Below are positions 50,106 to 57,284 of a DNA stretch of 64,000 bases, one piece after another. Both the position numbers and the translations under genes were made by a program. Position 1 is the stretch's first letter, and every line of letters starts with the position of its first letter. The stretch is taken from positions 1-64,000 of the IMG/VR virus record IMGVR_UViG_3300020577_004280; one strand, given 5' to 3'. The notes beneath the pieces are model-generated. The model worked only from the letters and a program-made list of their open reading frames with translations, did no database searches and was not told where the DNA came from. This DNA comes from a virus (taxonomy: Duplodnaviria; Caudoviricetes).

Positions 50106-50180
50106 ATCCGAATGTCAGTTGACGATTACATATTAAACTTTTATTTTAATCAAAAATATCGTTAACAATCCTTGTCGGAT
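50106..50180 (+). ncRNA. Y-RNA-like hairpin, copy 6
   Basis: ATCCGA-ATGT-CA-GTTGACGAT-TACAT...ATCGTTAAC-AATCCTTG-TCGGAT. Confidence 0.78.
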
Positions 50181-50189
50181 TCATTTTAA

Positions 50190-50262
50190 GGGTCATTGGT
50201 GTAATCAGGAACACGATAGTCTTGCAAACTATAGTCATCGGAGCATAACCGATATGTATCCA
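50190..50262 (+). tRNA. tRNA-Ala(UGC)
   Basis: GGG..TCC acceptor with G3:U70, ATAGT-CTTGCAA-ACTAT. Confidence 0.75.
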
Positions 50263-50271
50263 CTCAAAATA

Positions 50272-50372
50272 TGTGAATGCCTGATAGGTTTACATAGCTA
50301 AATGGTAAAGCAAAGGACACAATCCTCGATTGTAGGTTCAAATCCTACTAACAACTTATCAATTTTGTCACA
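50272..50372 (+). ncRNA. Y-RNA-like RNA with tRNA D/anticodon/T domain, copy 7
   Basis: TGTGA-ATGC-C-TGATAGGTT-TACAT-[GCT-AAATGGTAA-AGC; AGGA-CACAA-TCCT; GTAGG-TTCAAAT-CCTAC]-AACTTATCA-ATTTTG-TCACA. Confidence 0.8.
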
Positions 50373-50455
50373 ACGAAGTCTTCCAAGTGCGATTCTTGAT
50401 AGAGCGACCTAAACGACAAATGTATTGAAAAACTTATAAAAAATTAAGGGAAACA

Positions 50456-50767
50456 ATGGGATATTATACGCGATATAAACTTGAGGTTTCAGAACAACCA
50501 GAAGATTTACCAGCTAATTTTCCACAAACTTATGGAGAACGATTCTTCATAGAATTACTTAGTGGCTGTGCAGAAGAAATTAAGTGGTACGAACACGATG
50601 AAGATATGACATCTATTTCGGAACAATATCCAGATATTCTATTTACCTTATATGGAGAAGGCGAAGAGTCAGAAGATATATGGGTTAAGTATTATAAAGG
50701 CGGTAAATGTCAGGTTGAAAGAGCTAAAATAGTTTTTGGTGAATTCAATCAAGAGAAATTAAAATAA
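50456..50767 (+). CDS. conserved phage protein
   Basis: MGYYT...KWYEH..DM..IS..YP...F.L.GEGEE..D.W. Confidence 0.65.
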   Translation: MGYYTRYKLEVSEQPEDLPANFPQTYGERFFIELLSGCAEEIKWYEHDEDMTSISEQYPDILFTLYGEGEESEDIWVKYYKGGKCQVERAKIVFGEFNQEKLK

Positions 50768-51021
50768 ACACAGACTGTCTAACGGAGTTTGGTGGATTAG
50801 ATGAAAGATGTTTATGCTAATGAGAGGTTTTGCTCATGACTTATCATTAGATGAAGCAATGCAGGCTGTCGATAATGATAAATTCGTACAGAAGTTTAAA
50901 ACAAAGTTACCAGAAGTTGATAGTCTTAGACTTTTGGAAGGAACTTTTGAAGCCGTAATGTTAAAAGTCTCTATGAGATTTAGACCAAAAATGTTTGACC
51001 TAACATTAAAATAGGTCGTTA

Positions 51022-51096
51022 CACCCATTCGTATAGCTGGTCTGTTTACACTACTCTGATAAGGTAGAGAAGAACGTTCGAGTCGTTCATGGGTGA
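51022..51096 (+). tRNA. tRNA-Ile(GAU)
   Basis: CACCCAT/ATGGGTG, CTACT-CTGATAA-GGTAG, GAACG-TTCGAGT-CGTTC. Confidence 0.88.
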
Positions 51097-51182
51097 TTTT
51101 GTAGCAAACTTATCAACTACGTTGGTGAATAGCCAACAAATGACTTACGGTGGGTGGAAAAGTTGGTAAAAAACCGTACATT

Positions 51183-51269
51183 GGCTTAGTTCCACATAAC
51201 TGTCTGTAAAACAGTTGGCGTTATAATTATTGTGGTGGATGCTGTAGTGGTTCGATTCCTCCTAAGCCA
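51183..51269 (+). tRNA. tRNA-Tyr(GUA)-like, lacking a D arm
   Basis: GGCTTAG/CTAAGCC, 9-nt linker, ACTGT-CTGTAAA-ACAGT, ~30-nt variable region, TTCGATT T loop. Confidence 0.65.
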
Positions 51270-51879
51270 GATTTTTAATTTTTATTTCAATTATTTGAGA
51301 AACTTTTGACAATGCTAAATCGATTTGATTTTGTTTAGATGTTAAGTCTGTAATCACAATTAAATCAATATTCTCACGTTGACAAAGTAATTGTTTTTGA
51401 TAATCTCTATATTGTATATGCTTCAGTTTATCTTCACCATACATAGGTTGGTAGTGTATTTTACCATTCCATTCTATAGCTAGTTTTAGTTCTGGAATAT
51501 ATATGTCTAGTTCATAACCGTCCAAAATTTGTCTATTATTGAATACTAACTCTAAATCTGGAAATAATTTTTGTAGTTCTTCTCCAAATTTAATTTCAAT
51601 TTTTGAACGATTGCTGCTTTTCCTAAATTGATTATTATATTTAGCAGAACATGACGCGGAACAAAATACAAATCCACATTTAGACCTAGCTATAGCTCTT
51701 TTTTCAGCTAAAAAGATATTATCACAAAATCCGCATTTTACATTTACTCGCTTATTTTTATGTTTATTTGAACAATCTCTTGAACAGTATGTTTTTGCAT
51801 AAACCTTGTAATCTTTTGTTCTTACAAATAACTTATTGCAAAAATCACAGTTAATTTCACAAGTTTCACGTTTTCTCAT
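51262..51879 (-). CDS. zinc-finger PD-(D/E)XK (Vsr/DUF559-like) endonuclease
   Basis: CxxC/YCSxxC repeats; ELDIYIPELKLAIEWNGKIHY...RD..K. Confidence 0.8.
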   Translation of the reverse strand: MRKRETCEINCDFCNKLFVRTKDYKVYAKTYCSRDCSNKHKNKRVNVKCGFCDNIFLAEKRAIARSKCGFVFCSASCSAKYNNQFRKSSNRSKIEIKFGEELQKLFPDLELVFNNRQILDGYELDIYIPELKLAIEWNGKIHYQPMYGEDKLKHIQYRDYQKQLLCQRENIDLIVITDLTSKQNQIDLALSKVSQIIEIKIKNLA

Positions 51880-51924
51880 GGTTGACCCCTGTTTTCTATA
51901 AAAAGCGACTCACGTTTCCCACCA

Positions 51925-51938
51925 GTGTATTATACACG
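51925..51938. promoter_or_regulatory. palindromic GTGTATTATACAC promoter-like motif
   Basis: reads CGTGTATAAT on the minus strand 51 nt upstream of the endonuclease and GTGTATTAT on the plus strand before tRNA-Trp. Confidence 0.55.
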
Positions 51939-51954
51939 AAAATAATCAAACTAA

Positions 51955-52028
51955 ACCCTCCGGTAGTGTAATGATTAACACAATAGTCTCCAAAACTATA
52001 ATCTCTCGTGAAAAGCGAGACGAGGGTG
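51955..52028 (+). tRNA. tRNA-Trp(CCA)
   Basis: ACCCTC.G/CGAGGGT, ATAGT-CTCCAAA-ACTAT. Confidence 0.8.
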
Positions 52029-52114
52029 TTTTCAGCCAATAAGGCTGTATTAAGTTGGATGATAATTTCATAAGTAACGTTGGAGATGTTGACAGAAGAA
52101 CTAAATTTATTAAT

Positions 52115-52190
52115 AACTAAGTGCTAACATACAAGGCGTGTGTTCGGTCTGCAAAACCGAAAGCTTAGAGTTCGATTCTCTACTTAGTCT
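52115..52190 (+). tRNA. tRNA-Cys(GCA)
   Basis: ACTAAG/CTTAGT, U73, TCGGT-CTGCAAA-ACCGA, TAGAG-TTCGATT-CTCTA. Confidence 0.8.
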
Positions 52191-52211
52191 TCATCGCGAT
52201 TAGCGATATAT

Positions 52212-52500
52212 GGGACCGTAAGGTTTTCGACTGGTAAGATAGTTAGCTAAATGGCAAGTAGAAGAACTCATGATGGCTTCTTTAAAAACATGAGACAAAC
52301 CAAATGCAAAATTTGCTCTAGCCGCTTAGTCGGATAGGTTGCTAGTGTCCGAAGAAACACTTTCTGACTCAGATAATTCTGAACATCATATCGGCTGTAA
52401 TAAGAGGGTTTGTTATTTAACCCAACCTAATAAATAACTAAACTTGTAGATGTTTTTCTGACGGCTATACTAGGACGGGGTTTCAATACCCCCGGTTCCA
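52212..52500 (+). ncRNA. ssrA: tmRNA, tag AKFALAA*
   Basis: GGGACCG..TTCGAC 5' end; GGACGGGG-TTTCAATA-CCCC-CGGTTCCA 3' end; tag ORF 52306-52329. Confidence 0.9.
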
Positions 52501-52513
52501 CTTAAGGAGAATT

Positions 52514-52876
52514 ATGATTGATTCAGATTTAAACGGTTTTTATATCAAACCTTGGGGTCGTTATGTAGACCATTTGCGTAGTAAGGAGTTAGTTATCAAG
52601 ACACTAACTATCGTTGGCGGAAATAAAATCTCCAATCAAAAACATCTCTTAAGACATGAAAAGTGGTATATCATGTCTGGTACAGGGCAAGCATTACTAC
52701 AATACGGAAACTCAATATTAAGCATTGAGTTAAAACCCGGTGTCATATTTAATGTTTCAGAAGAAACGTGGCATCAAGTCAAAGCTGATGAGGATTCAAC
52801 TCTAGTTGTGTTAGAAATCCAAGAAGGTGAAGATTGTAACGAAGATGATATCGTCCGTAAACCTGACGTTCTATAA
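52514..52876 (+). CDS. cupin, mannose-6-phosphate isomerase type II C-terminal-like
   Basis: KPWG.Y, S.QKH..R.EKW, WH, EIQ.G..C.EDDIVR. Confidence 0.85.
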   Translation: MIDSDLNGFYIKPWGRYVDHLRSKELVIKTLTIVGGNKISNQKHLLRHEKWYIMSGTGQALLQYGNSILSIELKPGVIFNVSEETWHQVKADEDSTLVVLEIQEGEDCNEDDIVRKPDVL

Positions 52877-52888
52877 TGAGGTATAATC

Positions 52889-53086
52889 ATTAGTCGTTCT
52901 CGAAAAGGCCACAAAGGATGTGGCTACGATTATTGGTCACGCAGACCATATAGTAGTAGTTATGGATACGGTCCAGATATTAAAAAACTATGTCATCGGG
53001 CTGAAAGAATTCAGGCAAAAGAGATAGTCAATCGTGAGATTGACGAGATGGAAGAAAACGAGTACAACCGCGAAGATTTCGCGTAA
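52889..53086 (+). CDS. small basic protein with probable ATT start
   Basis: GAGGT RBS then ATT-AGT-CGT (xSRSRKG...YDYWSRRP...), 65 codons. Confidence 0.45.
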   Translation: MSRSRKGHKGCGYDYWSRRPYSSSYGYGPDIKKLCHRAERIQAKEIVNREIDEMEENEYNREDFA

Positions 53087-53122
53087 ACTTATATTAATAG
53101 GACTAAAAACAAGGAAAATATT

Positions 53123-53857
53123 ATGACAAAACTAAATCAGATTATTGCGTTAGTAAATGGTAAAAAGACCGCCGCTACCAAAGCCTTAACCGAAGTATAC
53201 AAGAAATTAGATAAGTCAGAATTATTTAATGGTATTACACGTAAGTATACACCGTTAGATGATAACGACGCTGAAAAGCTTCCGTCTGAAGCTAAGAATA
53301 TTCAGTTTACTGTTGGCGAAGCTATTAAGGAAGCCCGTAATATTATTACAGAATTATACGATATTACTCTCACACAAGACGTTGCCAACACTGAAGCTAA
53401 GGCTGATATTGTAGTTGATGGTAATGTTATCGCTGCCAATGTTCCGGTAACATATCTACTTTTCCTTGAAAAACAAGTTACAGACCTACGTACATTCGTT
53501 GGTAAGTTGCCAACGCTAGATGTTGCAGATGTTTGGAACTATGATACAAATAAGGATTGTTATGTTACTTCTCCTATTATGAGCAATCGCTCTAAGAAGG
53601 TTTACCGTAACCACGTTAAGGCAGAAGCTACGGAACATCATCCAGCACAAGTAGAAGTTTATACAGAAGACGTTAAGGTTGGTGAATGGCAAACTGTTAA
53701 ACTCAGTGGTGCAGTTCCAGCCAAAACTAAGAATGAAATGTTACTGAAGTTGACCAAGCTAGACGACGCAATCAAGATTGCTCGCGAACAAGCCAATTCA
53801 ATTGAAGTAAATAGTGCAAAAATTGGCGAAAATATCGCTAACTATGTTTTCGCTTAA
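53123..53857 (+). CDS. conserved coiled-coil protein (MTKLNQII family)
   Basis: MTKLNQIIA, VPVTYLLFLEKQ, LPTLD, ATEHHPAQV, SGA.P, AIK.AREQAN. Confidence 0.75.
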   Translation: MTKLNQIIALVNGKKTAATKALTEVYKKLDKSELFNGITRKYTPLDDNDAEKLPSEAKNIQFTVGEAIKEARNIITELYDITLTQDVANTEAKADIVVDGNVIAANVPVTYLLFLEKQVTDLRTFVGKLPTLDVADVWNYDTNKDCYVTSPIMSNRSKKVYRNHVKAEATEHHPAQVEVYTEDVKVGEWQTVKLSGAVPAKTKNEMLLKLTKLDDAIKIAREQANSIEVNSAKIGENIANYVFA

Positions 53858-53860
53858 TAT

Positions 53861-54241
53861 GTAGGTACAGTCTAAGATTGAAGTTTAGATTAAAAGTCCT
53901 GTTCTAAAGATGTTGGCTCGGTACCAACCCTCGGCACTTTAACAATTCAAGCCGAGGTAGCCCAATGTGAGGCAAAGATGGGATGCAATAAAATTTAGAT
54001 TATCACCTAAGACTAAAAATACAGTATCTTTGTTTAATCGAGTCCCGTAATAATATAAAACCATAAATGAAGGCTCATTTCCTTCCCGCTCCTCTTTTAG
54101 GAAAATCCATAACACGGAGCGGTAGTATAAAGGTATTACGATGGTTTACTAAAGCTAAAATACGGGTTTAATGGATATCGTAAACAAAAAGCTATACGCG
54201 ATACTAACATTCATGTCTGCCAGCCGGATATGCTGGCAGAC
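53861..54241 (+). ncRNA. large structured RNA with two circularly permuted tRNA-like domains
   Basis: two T-arm / closed-acceptor / D-arm modules (53897-53983, 54058-54147) on long-range stems. Confidence 0.75.
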
Positions 54242-54250
54242 GTTTTTCTT
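54215..54250 (+). terminator. rho-independent terminator
   Basis: GTCTGCCAGC-CGGATAT-GCTGGCAGAC then GTTTTTCTT. Confidence 0.85.
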
Positions 54251-54280
54251 GCTTATCAAGATTTTATTAAAGGAAACTAC

Positions 54281-54514
54281 ATGACACCAGAAAATTTCTG
54301 TTACTGGCTACAAGGTTATTTTGAAATTAACGGCGGTAAAGGCGAAACAAATAAATATGAGTTAACCCGCTCACAAGTTAATATGATTCAAGAACATTTA
54401 AAACTTGTATTTCATAAAGTGACACCTAATCCACCTATAGGAACACTATTACAACAAAATAGCAAAGGTGAATGGTCTCCGTTTAGAGAGATTAATTGCT
54501 TCGCATCATGTTAA
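54281..54514 (+). CDS. conserved phage protein
   Basis: MTPENFCYWLQGYFE...I.EHL.LVF.KVTP; AAAGGAA RBS. Confidence 0.65.
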   Translation: MTPENFCYWLQGYFEINGGKGETNKYELTRSQVNMIQEHLKLVFHKVTPNPPIGTLLQQNSKGEWSPFREINCFASC

Positions 54515-54939
54515 AAATAGTATTAGAATTTCTCAGGTGGTTATTTCGTAAACCGCCTTTTAGACCAACTAGATTAAGAGCCTATCTCAGAAAGGTAGAA
54601 AAGATGAATAACAAAGCAATAGCAACTATCGAGATTGATTGGGAATTATCACATTCCGATGATGTTATTAGACAAGATTTAACAATCATGACTCAAGAAG
54701 AGGGTCAGTCATCTCCAACAGATTTGCTTACACAATCTCTACCTCCAGACCAAAATACATTTGTATTTAAAGTACCAGAAAAAACAACTGTCTATGTGAG
54801 AATCGTTGCTTATGATGGTACATACTATTCAAAACCACTCGTAAATCAGTTCCTATGTCCAGATTTAGCAAAACCATGTCAACCAATTAGTAAGGGTTGG
54901 AAAATACTAGAAGTAGAAAATAACACACCCTGCTACTAA
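54496..54939 (+). CDS. hypothetical protein (possible Fn3-like beta sandwich)
   Basis: W..S.S.DV..Q.L...V.I.AYDG pattern. Confidence 0.4.
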   Translation: MLRIMLKIVLEFLRWLFRKPPFRPTRLRAYLRKVEKMNNKAIATIEIDWELSHSDDVIRQDLTIMTQEEGQSSPTDLLTQSLPPDQNTFVFKVPEKTTVYVRIVAYDGTYYSKPLVNQFLCPDLAKPCQPISKGWKILEVENNTPCY

Positions 54940-54942
54940 ATT

Positions 54943-55848
54943 ATGGACAAACTATACGTTATAGCCGTATTCTTCAATCCAGCGGGCTTCACTAGCCTGC
55001 TGCGTAACTACTACATATTTAAAGAATATCTCACCAGACATTCTAACATAGAACTACTAACCATCGAATTATCATTTAATGGTAAATTTCAAATAGAAGG
55101 CGAAAATGTCCACAGACTTACATCAAACAGTGTTATGTGGCAGAAAGAACGCCTGATAAATTATGGGATATCGCAATTACCGGCTGATGCAAAATATTTT
55201 GCTTGGCTAGATTGCGATATTATTTTTCTACACCAAGATTGGGTCAACATGGTTTTAGATGAGCTACAACGCTCTGACATTATTCAACCGTTTAAAAGAG
55301 TTTATTTTGGTACGAATGGTGAAACGGAGTTCACCCCGTTTTTTAAATTTCAACAGAGTGTATTTTGGCAATACAGAATTCATAAAAACTGGTTGGAGAG
55401 AAGACAAAATAAGAATCTCGGGTTTGCTGCCCCTGGCTTTGCTTATTGTGCTAAAGTAAGTCTATTTAAAGACTTAGGACTATATGATAAATGTATTACT
55501 GGTAGTGGTGATTCCGCATTAGTTGATGTTTTATTGGATAGCGATTCTATTCACGCTCATTCGTCATATTTTACTTCTGCGATGAAAGAAGATTTAACCA
55601 AATACCGGGAAAAATTACTTGACAGAAATCCGAAAGTTGGCTATATTCCCATAGATTTAATGCACTTATACCACGGAACCATCGCTAATAGAAATTACGT
55701 GGTTAGGCATGAAATTCTGCAAGATAATAACTTTAACCCAAACACTGATATCAAATTAGAAAACAACGTGTTTGAGTGGAATACTCCAAAACACGATTTA
55801 CACGAACGTCTAAATCGTTATTTTTTTGACCGCAAGGAAGATATATAA
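54943..55848 (+). CDS. glycosyltransferase-like protein (GT-A)
   Basis: WQKERLIN, AWLDCDIIF (DxD), GSGD, HLYHG. Confidence 0.7.
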   Translation: MDKLYVIAVFFNPAGFTSLLRNYYIFKEYLTRHSNIELLTIELSFNGKFQIEGENVHRLTSNSVMWQKERLINYGISQLPADAKYFAWLDCDIIFLHQDWVNMVLDELQRSDIIQPFKRVYFGTNGETEFTPFFKFQQSVFWQYRIHKNWLERRQNKNLGFAAPGFAYCAKVSLFKDLGLYDKCITGSGDSALVDVLLDSDSIHAHSSYFTSAMKEDLTKYREKLLDRNPKVGYIPIDLMHLYHGTIANRNYVVRHEILQDNNFNPNTDIKLENNVFEWNTPKHDLHERLNRYFFDRKEDI

Positions 55849-55859
55849 AGGAAAATTAT

Positions 55860-56345
55860 ATGCAACAGTGGACAGTAAGAGTAATTGATAAATTAGCTGA
55901 ACGAAACAATGCATCCTTTTTTGAAATTGCTAATAATATGTGGGTGCCCGCTACTTCAAAACAGGAAGCTAGAAAATTTATATACAATCAACTCACAGAA
56001 AAAGGTTTAATATATGGGCGTGATTTTGTTTTGGGTAGTGTTGGCCATTATACTGGCACCGGGGTGTCAGTCGGATTTGTAGGCGATGTATTTAAAACAT
56101 GTGTTCCGCATCACACATTTATCGCATATAAGCAAGTTCAAATTGAAGGTGGTAAAAAAGATGATATAAAATACGAAAAATATACACATACATTTTGTAT
56201 GAAGAAGTGTCCAGATAGTTTAGACCAACCAACATATATTTGCTCCAATGGTCAGTTTATTGTGTATGAAACTTCTGAAAAAATAGCTGAGCAAAGACAA
56301 AATGATATAGCAATGAAAAAAAACAGAAAGCGACGAGATGATTAA
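55860..56345 (+). CDS. hypothetical protein
   Basis: 161 aa ORF. Confidence 0.6.
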   Translation: MQQWTVRVIDKLAERNNASFFEIANNMWVPATSKQEARKFIYNQLTEKGLIYGRDFVLGSVGHYTGTGVSVGFVGDVFKTCVPHHTFIAYKQVQIEGGKKDDIKYEKYTHTFCMKKCPDSLDQPTYICSNGQFIVYETSEKIAEQRQNDIAMKKNRKRRDD

Positions 56346-57138
56346 TCTACTTATCTGGTCAAAAGACCGGGCTTGTCAACTAGATTTGTTATTACGTAGT
56401 TTGCCACATAATTTATTCAATGTGTACACATTGTACAAATCCTCTTCTAGCGAATATCAGCTTGGTTATGATAAATTGATTAAACTTTACCCGGAATATT
56501 TTTTTACTAAAGAATCTGATTTTGAATTACAAACACGGTTTATCATTAAATGCTCTGGAAAGTATATTTGTCTATCTACCGATGACACGGTATTCTATGA
56601 TTGTCCTAAGATTAGTGCATCAGGAATCGAAGCCGCGATGAGTGATGACGTTATAACATTTTCTTTCCGTTATGGTAAGAATACAGTATTACAAAATCAC
56701 AACACAGGCGAGATGCAGCCATCTTTAAACATATATGAAGATTGCCATGACTATATCAGATGGCGTTTTGACCAATATTATCCATTACATAACTATGGGT
56801 ATCCTTTTGGTTTAGATATGCACGTATACAAAGCTGATATTTTAACCGAATTGATAAACCAGTTTTCTTTTTCTAATACTAATCAACTTGAGAGTAATCT
56901 GTTTAAATATACTAATGTCGTACCAAAAGTAATATGCTCGGAACATATGAGTACAGCGGTCAATATACCAGCTAATAATATGAGTGGTATAACTATAGCT
57001 GGAGCGATGTATCCATTTTCTAATGAAACATTAAACAATGTTTGGCTTAGTGGAAATCAAATAGATATTAATAGTATTTTAGGTCAAAAAGTTGTTGGAT
57101 GTCATCAAGAATTTGATTTTAGGTTTGAGAAGAGTTAA
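56338..57138 (+). CDS. glycosyltransferase-like protein
   Basis: SKDRACQLDLLLRS, TDD, GYPF.LD.H. Confidence 0.6.
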   Translation: MINLLIWSKDRACQLDLLLRSLPHNLFNVYTLYKSSSSEYQLGYDKLIKLYPEYFFTKESDFELQTRFIIKCSGKYICLSTDDTVFYDCPKISASGIEAAMSDDVITFSFRYGKNTVLQNHNTGEMQPSLNIYEDCHDYIRWRFDQYYPLHNYGYPFGLDMHVYKADILTELINQFSFSNTNQLESNLFKYTNVVPKVICSEHMSTAVNIPANNMSGITIAGAMYPFSNETLNNVWLSGNQIDINSILGQKVVGCHQEFDFRFEKS

Positions 57139-57140
57139 AT

Positions 57141-57284
57141 ATGGGTAGGTCATTTAGAGGAGTTGATAAACGCGTAAAGGAAAAATGGAAAAAGAACCGT
57201 CAAAATAGACAGAAGAAATATGGTGGTTACACAGATAAACCAGTGGAAAAAAATAAAAAGGATAGAAATGACAACAATTGGTAA
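57141..57284 (+). CDS. small basic protein
   Basis: MGRSFRGVDKRVKEKWKKNRQ...; overlaps next start. Confidence 0.45.
   Translation: MGRSFRGVDKRVKEKWKKNRQNRQKKYGGYTDKPVEKNKKDRNDNNW

Noticed and set aside
45671-50372. Repeated modules as a CRISPR array
   Set aside because: The copies are not identical direct repeats, spacing is irregular, conservation is structural, and no cas genes are present.
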